A stretch of DNA of 57,565 bases from assembly GCA_049678885.1 (NCBI GenBank), contig JBAUEZ010000126.1:1-57565 (forward strand). Reading direction: 5' to 3'. The DNA is from Candidatus Aquilonibacter sp. GTDB lineage: Bacteria; Vulcanimicrobiota; Vulcanimicrobiia; Vulcanimicrobiales; Vulcanimicrobiaceae. The stretch's first letter is position 1. Every line of letters starts with the position of its first letter. Of this stretch, positions 27,312 to 38,787 are shown one piece after another. A program made the position numbers and the translations under genes. The notes below the pieces were generated by a model. The model ran no database searches. It was not told where the DNA came from and saw only the letters and a program-made list of their open reading frames with translations.

Positions 27312-27353
27312 TCTCAGGAACCCCGCGCGGCGTTGGTGGTATAGACTGAAAGA

Positions 27354-28301
27354 GTGAAAAGGGCTGTGGGTGCTCTCCTGACCCTTCTGGCGCTGGTCGC
27401 GGTTGCAGCGCCACGCGCCGTCGCGGCACCCGACCCGTACCAGATCTTCGGCAACGCGCGGGCGTATTGGCATCAGCAGCGCTATCCCGCGCTGCTCGAT
27501 TATAGCGTTGCGGTCGATATCATTGAAGGCGGCAACGAGCGAGTCGAGCACTACGCCTCCGAGTACAACGCGGTGACGAACGTCCTGCAGGTCGATCCGG
27601 TCAGCGACTACGAGCGCGCGCACCCGGTGCACCCGAAGGGCATAAACTTGAACATCATGGGCGCGATATCGCTGAACAAGCCGATGCCGTCGCCCGATTT
27701 TCTCGGCGTACCGTACCTCGCGCCGACGTATTCGTTTGGCATGGCGCCGTTCATACCGGCGCCGACGCCGACACCATTCAACTCCGCGGCGTTGGTCGAT
27801 GAGATTCGCAAGGAGTTCCACGATCCCAATCCGCGTGCGACGCCGAGTTCATCACCTTCGCCGGATCCCGGACTGCAAGAGATCGCCACGGTGTATGCGC
27901 ACAATCGCGACTATACGATCACGTTGCTCGGCATGGAAACCGTCGACGGCCACGCCTGCTATCATCTCGGCTTAACGCCGACGCGCGATCCGGGACACTT
28001 CCGCATTCGCCAGGCGTGGATTGACCAACAGACGTTTGCGACGTGGCAATTGCAAGACGCGCTCAATTTCACCAGCGGGCCAACTACAAGCGTAAGCTGG
28101 ACGATTCATTTTGCGCAGATCAACGGCGCGCAATATGTGCGAGAAGAAGACGCGTTGGGGCCGATGAAAGCCGGCGGCGAGATCTACACCAAAGCGAGCG
28201 TGTCGTTCGAGAATGTGCTCGCCGCTAACGCGTCGGCCTTGCATGGCGAACTCATTGACGGCGTCGGGAACCCGCTAGAGGAGCCGCCTCCGGCGCCCTA
28301 A
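27354..28301 (+). CDS. Secreted hypothetical protein, possibly LolA-fold (outer-membrane lipoprotein-sorting protein-like)
   Basis: 315 aa. Signal peptide MKRAVGALLTLLALVAVAAPRAVA. The C-terminal YTITLLGMETVDGHACYHLGLTP...IRQAWIDQQTF pattern resembles LolA-like sorting proteins. Weak call. Confidence 0.5.
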   Translation: MKRAVGALLTLLALVAVAAPRAVAAPDPYQIFGNARAYWHQQRYPALLDYSVAVDIIEGGNERVEHYASEYNAVTNVLQVDPVSDYERAHPVHPKGINLNIMGAISLNKPMPSPDFLGVPYLAPTYSFGMAPFIPAPTPTPFNSAALVDEIRKEFHDPNPRATPSSSPSPDPGLQEIATVYAHNRDYTITLLGMETVDGHACYHLGLTPTRDPGHFRIRQAWIDQQTFATWQLQDALNFTSGPTTSVSWTIHFAQINGAQYVREEDALGPMKAGGEIYTKASVSFENVLAANASALHGELIDGVGNPLEEPPPAP

Positions 28302-28368
28302 GCCGGAAGGAAATAGCCCCACCGCGTTCTATACTAAGCGGTCGCCGTAGTGGGCGGGGACGGTGTTC

Positions 28369-28450
28369 GGGCGAGTGGCGGAACTGGCAGACGCGCTGGA
28401 TTTAGGTTCCAGTGGGGCAACCCGTCAGAGTTCGAGTCTCTGCTCGCCCA
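28369..28450 (+). tRNA. tRNA-Leu (anticodon UAG)
   Basis: Acceptor GGGCGAG/CTCGCCC, D region GGCGGAACTGGCAGACGC, anticodon arm CTGGA-TTTAGGT-TCCAG, a long variable arm, and T arm CAGAG-TTCGAGT-CTCTG. Confidence 0.9.
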
Positions 28451-28537
28451 AGTACCTCGGATTAAAGTGAGTGGTTCCGGTTCGGCCGGGACCGTAAAAA
28501 AGAAAGGTCCCGTGCCGAATCGGGACCGCGAACGAGT

Positions 28538-28609
28538 GCGGAAGTAGCTCAGTGGTAGAGCATCGCCTTGCCAAGGCGAGGGTCGCGAGTTCGAATCTCG
28601 TCTTCCGCT
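28538..28609 (+). tRNA. tRNA-Gly (anticodon GCC)
   Basis: Acceptor GCGGAAG/CTTCCGC, anticodon arm TCGCC-TTGCCAA-GGCGA, T arm GCGAG-TTCGAAT-CTCGT, with CCA encoded. Confidence 0.92.
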
Positions 28610-28619
28610 CCATACGTTT

Positions 28620-28655
28620 AAGGGGCGCGGGCGCGCAAGCGCCGAAGCGCCCCTT
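28620..28655 (+). terminator. GC-rich hairpin after tRNA-Gly (terminator-like, weak U tail)
   Basis: AAGGGGCGC ... GCGCCCCTT followed by CCTAATT. It lies between tRNA-Gly and tig. Confidence 0.35.
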
Positions 28656-28674
28656 CCTAATTGCCCGAAAGGTA

Positions 28675-29988
28675 ATGTTTCCACCCGTGAGCACCTCGAC
28701 GCTGACCCGGCTCGCCCCGACACAAGTGGAGCTGGAGATCCCCATCACCGCGGAAGAACTTGCCGCGGCGCAGGAGCGCGCGTTTCGCCGGCTCGCAAAG
28801 AACGTGAAATTGCCGGGTTTTCGCGCCGGCAAAGTGCCTCGCAAGGTATTCGAGCAGACGTATGGGGCCGAGTCCATCGCCAGCGAAGCCCTCGAAGACG
28901 TTGTCCCTGAGGTCTACGCGCGCGCGGTGCGCGAGCATGAACTGGTTCCGGTCGACCGTCCGAAGATGGAGCTTCTTCCGGCGGAAGAGGGCAAGCCCTC
29001 GCGGTTGAAGGCCACCGTCGACGTGCGGCCCGCGATCGAATTACGCGACTATAAAGGCATTGAAGTCGAGCGCGATCTACCCGCGATCGAGGACGACGAT
29101 GTCGAGCGCAGCCTCACCGCACTTGCAAAAGAGCGCGCAACGCTCGTGCCGGTCGAACGCGCCGCGCAACTGGGTGATGTCGTCACGCTCGATTACGAAG
29201 GTAAGATCGACGGTGTGGCCTTCGAAGGCGGTAGCGCGAAGGGCCAAATGACCGAGCTCGATGAGAACCGGTTCATTCCAGGTTTTGCATCCGGCATCGC
29301 CGGCATGAACGCGGGTGAGACCAAAGAGATCGAAGCCGTTTTTCCAAGCGATTATCCAAAGGAAGATCTTGCCGGGAAGACCGCGATGTTTACCGTGACG
29401 GTGCACGACGTGAAGGCTCTCGAACTCCCCGCCATCGACGATGAATTCGCGAAGACGATCTCCGAGAACGAAACGGTCGATGCGCTGCGCACGGACGTGC
29501 GTAAGCGCCTCGAGGCGATCGCACAATCGCGCGCCCGGCGCGCTATCGGCAATGCGCTGATGGAGAAGCTGGTTGACGCGCACGAGTTTCCGCTTCCGCA
29601 GGTATTGGTCGAGCGCGAGATCGACAACATGGTCAACGATCTCACCGCCCAGATTGCGCAGAGCGGTTTGAGTTTCGACGATTACCTCAAAGAGCAGGGT
29701 AAGACCGCAGACGAGTTGCGAGAAAGCTTCCGCAACGACGCAGAGCAGCGCGTGAAGGCGACGCTCGTGATCGAGGAGATTGCACGCACCGAGGGCATCA
29801 ACGCCACGCCGGCGGACATCGCTGAAGAACTCGCGGCGCTTTCCCGTCAATACGGACAGCCGATCGACCGGATCCGCAAGGCACTGGGCAATAACGTGAT
29901 CTCGCTGATGGAAGGCATCGTCCGCAACAAGACGCTCGAATTCCTCGTCGATAACGCCAAGGTCATCGAGAAGACGGGCAACCCTTAG
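28675..29988 (+). CDS. tig: Trigger factor
   Basis: ATG at 28675 follows GAAAGG. The N-terminal ribosome-binding motif is in ...LPGFRAGKVPRKVFEQ.YG, followed by the FKBP-type PPIase and C-terminal domains. The track start (28552) lies inside tRNA-Gly. Confidence 0.93.
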   Translation: MFPPVSTSTLTRLAPTQVELEIPITAEELAAAQERAFRRLAKNVKLPGFRAGKVPRKVFEQTYGAESIASEALEDVVPEVYARAVREHELVPVDRPKMELLPAEEGKPSRLKATVDVRPAIELRDYKGIEVERDLPAIEDDDVERSLTALAKERATLVPVERAAQLGDVVTLDYEGKIDGVAFEGGSAKGQMTELDENRFIPGFASGIAGMNAGETKEIEAVFPSDYPKEDLAGKTAMFTVTVHDVKALELPAIDDEFAKTISENETVDALRTDVRKRLEAIAQSRARRAIGNALMEKLVDAHEFPLPQVLVEREIDNMVNDLTAQIAQSGLSFDDYLKEQGKTADELRESFRNDAEQRVKATLVIEEIARTEGINATPADIAEELAALSRQYGQPIDRIRKALGNNVISLMEGIVRNKTLEFLVDNAKVIEKTGNP

Positions 29989-30047
29989 GGAAACCGCGCG
30001 GTTACTAGCCGCGTACTACTACCGAGTCGGAGAGAAATTTAAAAGCT

Positions 30048-30656
30048 ATGGGTCATTTGGTACCGATGGTCGTCGAGCAGAGCGCGCGCGGAGAACGCGC
30101 ATACGACATCTACTCACGTTTGCTCAAGGATCGCATCGTTTTCGTCGGCGGACCGATCGACGATCACTTGGCGAACTTGGTGATCGCGCAATTGCTCTTC
30201 CTTGAAAAGGAAGACCCCGACAAAGACATCGACATGTACGTCAACTCGCCGGGCGGCAGCGTCACCGCGGGTCTGGCGATCTACGATGCGATGCGCTTCA
30301 TCAAGCCCGACGTGGCTACGATTTGTATGGGCATGGCCGCATCGATGGGCTCGGTCCTCCTGACCGGGGGTGCAGCCGGGAAGCGCTTTGCTCTCCCGCA
30401 TGCCAAGATCCTGATCCATCAGCCCTGGGTCTCGCAGATCGGGGGCCAGGCTACGGACGTGGAGATCGCGGCCCGCGACCTCATCGCGACCCGCCAGACG
30501 ATTGCCCACATCTACCATCACGCGACGCATAAGCCGATCGAGCAAATCCTTAAGGACATCGATCGCGACTACTACCTGACCAGCGACGAAGCCAAGGACT
30601 ACGGGATTATCGATCACGTTATCGAAGACCGTGGAGCCTTGTCGACGCCGGCTTAA
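30048..30656 (+). CDS. clpP: ATP-dependent Clp protease proteolytic subunit
   Basis: 202 aa. Motifs [23 protein letters not shown] (catalytic Ser), HQP and a catalytic Asp region. Confidence 0.97.
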   Translation: MGHLVPMVVEQSARGERAYDIYSRLLKDRIVFVGGPIDDHLANLVIAQLLFLEKEDPDKDIDMYVNSPGGSVTAGLAIYDAMRFIKPDVATICMGMAASMGSVLLTGGAAGKRFALPHAKILIHQPWVSQIGGQATDVEIAARDLIATRQTIAHIYHHATHKPIEQILKDIDRDYYLTSDEAKDYGIIDHVIEDRGALSTPA

Positions 30657-30681
30657 CGCCCAGGAGGACGCCGCCCCCGAT

Positions 30682-31941
<1,260 letters not shown>

Positions 31942-31968
31942 CAGCGTTCAAGCGCTCCTATGTTGACA

Positions 31969-32000
31969 ATCGAACTCTCATCGAGAGTTCGATTTTTTTT
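31969..32000 (+). terminator. Intrinsic terminator of tig-clpP-clpX
   Basis: Perfect 11-bp stem ATCGAACTCTC / GAGAGTTCGAT with a 3-nt loop, followed by T7-8. Confidence 0.9.
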
Positions 32001-32076
32001 GCGTAGCTACCCCGCCTTCCGGGGAAGATGAACCTCCAGATTTCTGGACCCGAAACTACCCAGGCTAAGAAAGCGG

Positions 32077-32640
32077 GTGATTCAAACGAGCGAGCCAATG
32101 GAAAAAGAACCGCCTGAATGCGACCCGGAACACGTGTGCGCACCGAGTGCGCTCATCCCCGCGTGGTGGAGCGGCTTCCTTTTTCACGTTCTCAACCCGC
32201 GTCAGACGACCATGTATTTGTATCTGACCATGCTCAGCGATCCGCGGGGCGAGTGCAGCCCGACGATCGACCAGATCCGCGAGGATCTCGGCCTTTACAG
32301 TTCGTCGATGGTGTTCGAGGCGTTGGCGGCGCTCGATGACTTGGGATTTATCACGCGCATCCGTGCGGCGTTCCCCGGTACGCGGGCGCGGCGCAACCTG
32401 TATCGGCGCCCGTCATGCGAGAGCACGCTGATCCGTCTTATCGAGCGTGGCCGCATCGATGGACATCTGCGCTCGACCAATCCGACGCGCGCGCCGGCTT
32501 CGGCCGAGTCGCAAGCGTTGATCTACGAAGGACTCGCCGAGATGCTCGGTGATGCGTACGAACGCTATCATGCTGCGCCGACCGAAGCCGAGAAGCGCAG
32601 CGTCCTGTTGAGCCTCCTCGGCGCCGACACTATTTCGTAG
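32077..32640 (+). CDS. Hypothetical protein with a winged-helix-like segment
   Basis: 187-aa ORF with an uncertain start. PTIDQIREDLGLYSSSMVFEALAALDDLGFITR looks like a wHTH recognition unit. No family recognised. Confidence 0.4.
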   Translation: MIQTSEPMEKEPPECDPEHVCAPSALIPAWWSGFLFHVLNPRQTTMYLYLTMLSDPRGECSPTIDQIREDLGLYSSSMVFEALAALDDLGFITRIRAAFPGTRARRNLYRRPSCESTLIRLIERGRIDGHLRSTNPTRAPASAESQALIYEGLAEMLGDAYERYHAAPTEAEKRSVLLSLLGADTIS

Positions 32641-33334
32641 CGACGCCATAGACGATATAGCGCCATGCCGGCGGAACGATGACAACGCGGTCGAGCAGCG
32701 AGAGCATGCGCCGTTGGCGCTCGGAGCGACCAAGTGCACTGAAGAACCCGGTCGTGGCTAGGCGTACGCGGGAAAACGGCGCGAGGAAGGACTGCATCTC
32801 GTCAATCGTCACGTAGCGCCAATGCGTACCCCATCTAATGTAGCGTCGCCGCAGCAGCGTGTGCAGCGGACTTGCGGTTAGGTTCTCCGCGAAGAGCAGC
32901 CGGCCGCCGGGACGCAACGCTTGGTACATCGATGCAACCGCCGCCCGCTGCCGTTCGATTGCGCCGTCGTGACCAATTCCGCCGAGAACCGACTTGAACG
33001 CGATAATATCGAAGGTAGACTCGTAAGGGATGCGCGTCGCATCGATGTTCTCGAAGCGGATGCGGTGCTTCACGTGGTGGCGTTCCGCGAGCGCTTCCGC
33101 TTCAATCGGCAGTTTTTGAAAATCGGAGCACACCACAGCGTGACCGCGAAGGGCAAGCCACACCGAGAGTCCGCCGCCCTTTGCGCCGACCTCGAGACAT
33201 TGCAACGGTCGCTCCGACAACGCGGCCTCACGCTCCCAATAGCGCAGCGCACGCGACCAATTTGCAACATCCCAGACGATCGCGTCGTTATCGGAGATGC
33301 GCAGCGGGTACTCCTCCGACCAACGCGCCTGCAT
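32630..33334 (-). CDS. Class I SAM-dependent methyltransferase
   Basis: Motif [13 protein letters not shown], an acidic residue after beta2 (VVCSDF), and post [13 protein letters not shown] prefer the ATG at 33334; the track start (33412) would extend the overlap with the upstream gene. Confidence 0.75.
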   Translation of the reverse strand: MQARWSEEYPLRISDNDAIVWDVANWSRALRYWEREAALSERPLQCLEVGAKGGGLSVWLALRGHAVVCSDFQKLPIEAEALAERHHVKHRIRFENIDATRIPYESTFDIIAFKSVLGGIGHDGAIERQRAAVASMYQALRPGGRLLFAENLTASPLHTLLRRRYIRWGTHWRYVTIDEMQSFLAPFSRVRLATTGFFSALGRSERQRRMLSLLDRVVIVPPAWRYIVYGVATK

Positions 33335-33827
33335 CGACGTCCTCGGTGACCACCGCCCCCGCTGCGATAACCGCGCCCCTACCGATGCGCACGCCCGGCA
33401 CGATGATCGCACCCGAATAGATCAACACGTCGTCGCCGATCACAACCGGCGCGACGTCGATTGCCAGAGGACCAGCACCGGCGCGCTCGATCGGGTGCCC
33501 GGCCTGTGTCGTGATATGCACGTGGGCGCCAAGATGTACGTTGTTGCCGATCGTTAAGCCGCCGCCGCCCCAAAGCACGCTGTACGGACCGACCTCGACG
33601 TCATCGCCGATCGCGATGAAGCCGCGGCGCTGGTTGACCGTACTTGGATTCAGGTACGCGCCATGGTCGAAGAATACGTTACGACCAACGCTGATCCGAT
33701 CCGCACCGCGGATGATCACGCGCGAGGCGAAGCGGGCGCCGCGCAAGCGGGCGCGCTGCTCTGCGTCGGTCGCTTCGGCTTGCGCCAAGCGTGCGAGTTG
33801 AATCAGTGCGCGAAACAGGTTCACCAA
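33288..33827 (-). CDS. Left-handed beta-helix (hexapeptide-repeat) acyl/acetyltransferase
   Basis: 179 aa with repeated [LIV]-G-x4 hexapeptides ([33 protein letters not shown]...[31 protein letters not shown]). Confidence 0.8.
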   Translation of the reverse strand: MVNLFRALIQLARLAQAEATDAEQRARLRGARFASRVIIRGADRISVGRNVFFDHGAYLNPSTVNQRRGFIAIGDDVEVGPYSVLWGGGGLTIGNNVHLGAHVHITTQAGHPIERAGAGPLAIDVAPVVIGDDVLIYSGAIIVPGVRIGRGAVIAAGAVVTEDVDAGALVGGVPAAHLR

Positions 33828-33954
33828 ACCATGGTCCCAAGGGCGCCGCTTGAATGACTACGGCAGAAGGGCCCGGCGAAGGGGGCCGTCCGCCCCAAGG
33901 CACTTGAGCGCCCTGCATCTCACCCGCTCCGAGAGCTGCCCGTAGGATGGAGCC

Positions 33955-35871
33955 GTGATATCCATTGCCAACGGTCGACGCGCGATCCGGCCGCTGCTGC
34001 GGGCCGCGCTCTTCGTGGTGGATTGCATCCTCGTCACCTTTGCTACGCTCCTCGCGCCGATGGTCGGCGACATCCACAGCGCCTCGTGGTCGCAGCTCGT
34101 GCTGATCGGCGCGATTCTGCTCGTCACCGGCTGCTACGTGCAGTTCCGCTACGAGAGTGCGCGCACGTTCGATTTTCACGACGTCGTTCGGTTACTGGTC
34201 GGGGCGGCAAGCGGTGCGCTCCTCGCGCTGCTCTTCGAAGAGATCCCATCGCCGCTCACCGCTGCCTCTGGACGGCTGGTGGTTATTGCGGCGACGCTCT
34301 CCTTCGTATTGCGGATGTTCGCCCGCATCGCACTGGTGTTACTTCGCAGCTGGTGGCGCCGCCGACGCCCACAAGCCAAGCGTGTGCTCATCGTCGGGCA
34401 CGGCATCGCTGCACACCAAATCGCAAAAGCGATCTTCGAAGATGAGCGAGTCCCTATGCGCGTCGTAGGCTGCGTTGATGACGGGATCTCCGAGCGGCGC
34501 ATCGACGGCGTGCGCGTACTGGGCAAACTTCGCCAACTTCCGGAGCTGGTGCGCAAAGAAGCCGTAGATACGGTGATCGTTGCGATCGTCGGCGCTCCGC
34601 TCTGGTTGATCAACGAGGTCAACGAACTCTGCAGGCGCCTTCCGGTCGAGATTCGCCCCAACGTGAACGTCGTGCCCGACGCAGTAGACGTGCTCTCGGA
34701 GCGAGTGACAATCTCCCGCATTCGGGACATTCGTTTGGAGGACGTGTTGGATCGCGAGCCGGTCGTGATCGACACCGTGGGCATTCGTCCACACTTGGAA
34801 GGGCAGGTCGTGCTCGTTACCGGCGCCGGCGGTTCGATCGGTGGTGAGACCTGCCGGCAGGTCGCGGCTTTCGAACCGGAACTCCTGGTGCTCTTGGGTC
34901 ACGGCGAAAACAGCCTGTTCTCGATCGAGCGCGAGCTGCACGAAACGTATCACTTCACGCGCACGAAAATGGTGCTCGCCGATGTTGCCGACGTGGGGGC
35001 CGTGCGTCACGTATTTAGCACGTATAAGCCGCGCGTCATCATGCACGCCGCGGCCCACAAACACGTGCCGATCGTCGAAGAGAACATCTGCGAAGCAATC
35101 CGCAATAATGTTTTCGGGACAAAGGTCGTAGCGCTCGCCGCCGCAGCTTCGGGTGCCGCGAAGTTCATCCTGCTCTCAACCGACAAGGCGGTTAATCCTT
35201 CGAGCGTCATGGGCGCAACGAAGCGGCTTGCCGAGCTCATCTGCCAGTCGTTTGCCGGCGGTTCGGCGACCGAGTTCGTCTCGGTACGTTTTGGCAACGT
35301 GCTCGGTAGCCGCGGTAGCGTGGTGCCGATCTTCAAGAGCCAAGTCAAGGCGGGCGGCCCGGTGACGATCACGCATCGCGATATGGTGCGTTACTTCATG
35401 ACCATCCCGGAGGCTGTTTCGCTGGTGTTGCAGGCGATGTCGATGGGTATGGACGGCGAGGTCTTCGTGCTCGACATGGGCTCGCCGGTGCGCATCCTGG
35501 ATTTGGCCGAACAAGTAATTCGGCTCTCCGGTTTCGAGCCGTACCGCGATATCGCGATCGTCGAGAGCGGCATTCGTCCGGGTGAAAAGCTCTTCGAAGA
35601 GATGCTCACCAGCGGCGAGGGATTCACCAGAACCTCGCACGAGCGGCTCTTTATTGCCAAACAAGATCGCCTAGACTACGCGCAGCTCAACGACGGCGTG
35701 GATCGGCTTCGTGCCGCCGTTCGACGGCAAGATGCGCAAACTGCACTCGGCGTGCTGCGCGAATTCGTCCCTGAGTACGCTCCCCGTCACGACCTTCCGC
35801 GCGTTGTGCACGTTGAGCGTGGCCTGGTCGCACCCAATCGCACTATCCCCCTCGAGGCTAGCTCAACGTGA
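33955..35871 (+). CDS. Membrane-bound nucleotide-sugar 4,6-dehydratase (CapD / PglF / WbpM family polysaccharide biosynthesis protein)
   Basis: 638 aa. Four N-terminal TM helices, then VLVTGAGGSIG, HAAAHKHVP, STDKAV.P..VMGATKR, RFGNVLGSRGSV. Confidence 0.9.
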   Translation: MISIANGRRAIRPLLRAALFVVDCILVTFATLLAPMVGDIHSASWSQLVLIGAILLVTGCYVQFRYESARTFDFHDVVRLLVGAASGALLALLFEEIPSPLTAASGRLVVIAATLSFVLRMFARIALVLLRSWWRRRRPQAKRVLIVGHGIAAHQIAKAIFEDERVPMRVVGCVDDGISERRIDGVRVLGKLRQLPELVRKEAVDTVIVAIVGAPLWLINEVNELCRRLPVEIRPNVNVVPDAVDVLSERVTISRIRDIRLEDVLDREPVVIDTVGIRPHLEGQVVLVTGAGGSIGGETCRQVAAFEPELLVLLGHGENSLFSIERELHETYHFTRTKMVLADVADVGAVRHVFSTYKPRVIMHAAAHKHVPIVEENICEAIRNNVFGTKVVALAAAASGAAKFILLSTDKAVNPSSVMGATKRLAELICQSFAGGSATEFVSVRFGNVLGSRGSVVPIFKSQVKAGGPVTITHRDMVRYFMTIPEAVSLVLQAMSMGMDGEVFVLDMGSPVRILDLAEQVIRLSGFEPYRDIAIVESGIRPGEKLFEEMLTSGEGFTRTSHERLFIAKQDRLDYAQLNDGVDRLRAAVRRQDAQTALGVLREFVPEYAPRHDLPRVVHVERGLVAPNRTIPLEASST

Positions 35872-37205
35872 AAGTACTGGAAGCATCGTCCCTGCGCGCA
35901 AGCGCGCTCAAGAAGAAGATCGTCGATCGGAGCGCGGTCGTTGGCGTTGTCGGTGTCGGCTACGTCGGGCTGCCGCTGGCAGTCGAGAAGGCCAAGGTCG
36001 GTTTCAACGTGATCGGCTACGATCGCAATCCAATTCGCGTCGATCAGGTCAACCAAGGCCTCAACTACATCCGCGACGTGCACGACCAAGAGCTGACGGA
36101 GGTCGTTGAAGGCGGCAAGCTCAGCGCAACGAGCGACTTCGGAACCCTCGGATCGTGCGATTGCATCGTGATCTGCGTGCCGACGCCGCTCACGGCGAAC
36201 AAGGAGCCGGATATCACGTACATCCGCGGCGTCGCGCAGGAGATCAAGCGATTATTGCGCCCCGGGCAACTGGTAAGTCTCGAGAGCACGACGTACCCCG
36301 GCACGACGGAGGAAGTGCTCCTTACCATACTGGCAGAGTCGGGCTTGCGCGTCGGCGAGGATTTTTTTCTCGCGTTTTCTCCCGAGCGCGTCGATCCCGG
36401 CAACGCGCGCTATACGACCAAGAACACCAGCAAGGTCGTCGGGGGCGTCACCGCTGCGTGTCTCGACGTCGCTACCTGTTTTTACGAGCAGACAATTGCA
36501 AACGTCGTGCCTGTGTCTTCTCCCAAGATCGCCGAGATGACGAAGGTCTTCGAAAACACGTTTCGCGCCGTCAATATCGCGCTCGTCAACGAGATGACCC
36601 TGCTCTGCGACCGTTTGGGCATCAGCATCTGGGACGTGCTCGACGCAGCGGCGACCAAGCCGTTCGGCATCATGCGCTTCGATCCCGGACCGGGTGTTGG
36701 CGGTCACTGTATTCCGCTCGATCCGTTCTATCTCGCCTGGAAGGCGCGTGAGTACGACATGAACGTGCGCTTTATCGAACTCGCCGGTGAGATAAACTGG
36801 ACGATGCCGTATTTTGTTCGCGAGAAAGTCATACGTGCTCTCAACCAGCAAGGCGTCGCGCTCAAGGGCTCCGAGATCTTTGTGCTGGGCGTCGCGTACA
36901 AGCGCGATATCGAGGACTGGCGTGAATCACCGGCGCTCAAGGTGATGCATCTGCTGCGCAACGACGGCGTACGGATCGACTATCACGACCCACACGTTCC
37001 GAGCGTTACCGACGAGCACGGCGCGATGTGGCATTCCATTCCGCTCTCGCGCGAGGTCATGGAGCGCGCGAACGCCGTCTTGATACTCACCGATCACACG
37101 ATGATCGACTACAGGCGCGTGGTGGATTGTTCGCGCCTCGTGATTGACACGCGCAACGCCACGAAAGCGGTGCGCGAGGGTCGAAAGAACGTGGTGATGC
37201 TGTAA
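35868..37205 (+). CDS. UDP-N-acetyl-D-glucosamine (or -mannosamine) 6-dehydrogenase, WbpA/WecC-like
   Basis: 445 aa. GVVGVGYVGLPLA, catalytic Cys context GPGVGGHCIPLDP, and a C-terminal UDP-binding domain. First gene of a WbpA-B-D-E-I-ordered block. Confidence 0.85.
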   Translation: MKVLEASSLRASALKKKIVDRSAVVGVVGVGYVGLPLAVEKAKVGFNVIGYDRNPIRVDQVNQGLNYIRDVHDQELTEVVEGGKLSATSDFGTLGSCDCIVICVPTPLTANKEPDITYIRGVAQEIKRLLRPGQLVSLESTTYPGTTEEVLLTILAESGLRVGEDFFLAFSPERVDPGNARYTTKNTSKVVGGVTAACLDVATCFYEQTIANVVPVSSPKIAEMTKVFENTFRAVNIALVNEMTLLCDRLGISIWDVLDAAATKPFGIMRFDPGPGVGGHCIPLDPFYLAWKAREYDMNVRFIELAGEINWTMPYFVREKVIRALNQQGVALKGSEIFVLGVAYKRDIEDWRESPALKVMHLLRNDGVRIDYHDPHVPSVTDEHGAMWHSIPLSREVMERANAVLILTDHTMIDYRRVVDCSRLVIDTRNATKAVREGRKNVVML

Positions 37206-38190
37206 TGAAGATCGGCGTTATCGGTGCAGGCCGTTGGGGTCGCAACATCCTGCGTGTCTGCTCGCAACTCGGCGTACTGGACAGCATCTGCGATGCGAAC
37301 GAGGCTGCACTGGCTGCAGCCGGCATCGAGTACCCCCGAGCGAATCTCGAATTCGAGATCGGTTCGTTGCTCGAGCGTGATATCGACGCGGTTGCAATCG
37401 CGGCACCGCCGATGGTCCACGCGGAACTCGCGCTTGCTGCGCTCGATGCGGACAAGCACGTGTTCGTCGAGAAGCCGCTGGCGATGACCGTGGAAGATGC
37501 AGCGATGGTGGTACGCGCAGCCCGTGCGCACCGTGCCACGCTCTTCGTTGGGCACCTGCTGCTCTATCATCCGGCGGTGCAGCGGATGCTCGAGCTCATT
37601 CGCGAGGGAGCGATCGGCGAGGTGCGGCACGCGCGCTCGCGACGGCTGTCGTGGGGCACGCTACGCGCAAACGAGAACGTTTGGTGGAGTTTTGCGCCGC
37701 ACGACGTGGCACTCGTCCTCGAGATCTTTGACGAGATGCCGCTCGACGCGAGCGGTGCGCTTTCCGGCTTCATCCGCCCGCAGATCGCCGATTTCGCGTA
37801 CGCCGACCTCACGTTTACGGGTGCTCGCAGCGCGCATATCGAGACGAGCTGGATCGATCCGGATAAGAGTTCGCGCTTGGATGTCTTTGGGTCAAACGGC
37901 GTGCTCTGTCTGGTTGATGCTCCATTAGGGGCGCAGCTCACGCTGACGCCGTGCGGGACGACGTACGACGACGTCGGTCACCCCGAGCTGTGGCGCAGGG
38001 ATGCGCGATGTGTCGATTTCACGCCGGCTGAACCGCTCGAAGCGGAGCTGCGCGCATTCATCGATGCCGCCCGCCACGGGCTGCGGCCGCCGACCGACGG
38101 TGAGAGCGGCCTTGCGGTCGTGAAGGTGCTGAGCATGCTCGGCGCACGAGGCCGGCGCGGCGCGTCGGAGAAACTCGCGGAGGAGATCGC

Positions 38191-38194
<4 letters not shown>
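37205..38194 (+). CDS. Gfo/Idh/MocA-family oxidoreductase, WbpB-like (UDP-GlcNAcA 3-dehydrogenase type)
   Basis: 329 aa. [12 protein letters not shown] Rossmann motif and the EKPLA motif. Position and size match WbpB. Confidence 0.75.

Positions 38195-38771
<577 letters not shown>

Positions 38772-38787
<16 letters not shown>

Noticed and set aside
27312-27821. 5' extensions of several track ORFs: 26505..27821, 51376..52875, 21168..21782, 28552.., 30631.., 40654.., 15636.., 16939...
   Set aside because: The extensions are Arg-rich. They overlap neighbouring genes, tRNAs or promoters. Each has a better internal start with an RBS and/or a family-typical N-terminus.
21113-28368. A ~7.2-kb segment bracketed by tRNA clusters (tRNA-Lys pair on the left, tRNA-Leu/Gly on the right), considered as a possible integrated genomic island.
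   Set aside because: I found no integrase, recombinase or phage/plasmid genes, and I could not spot a direct repeat of a tRNA 3' end. A systematic repeat search was not possible by eye, so this remains open but unsupported.
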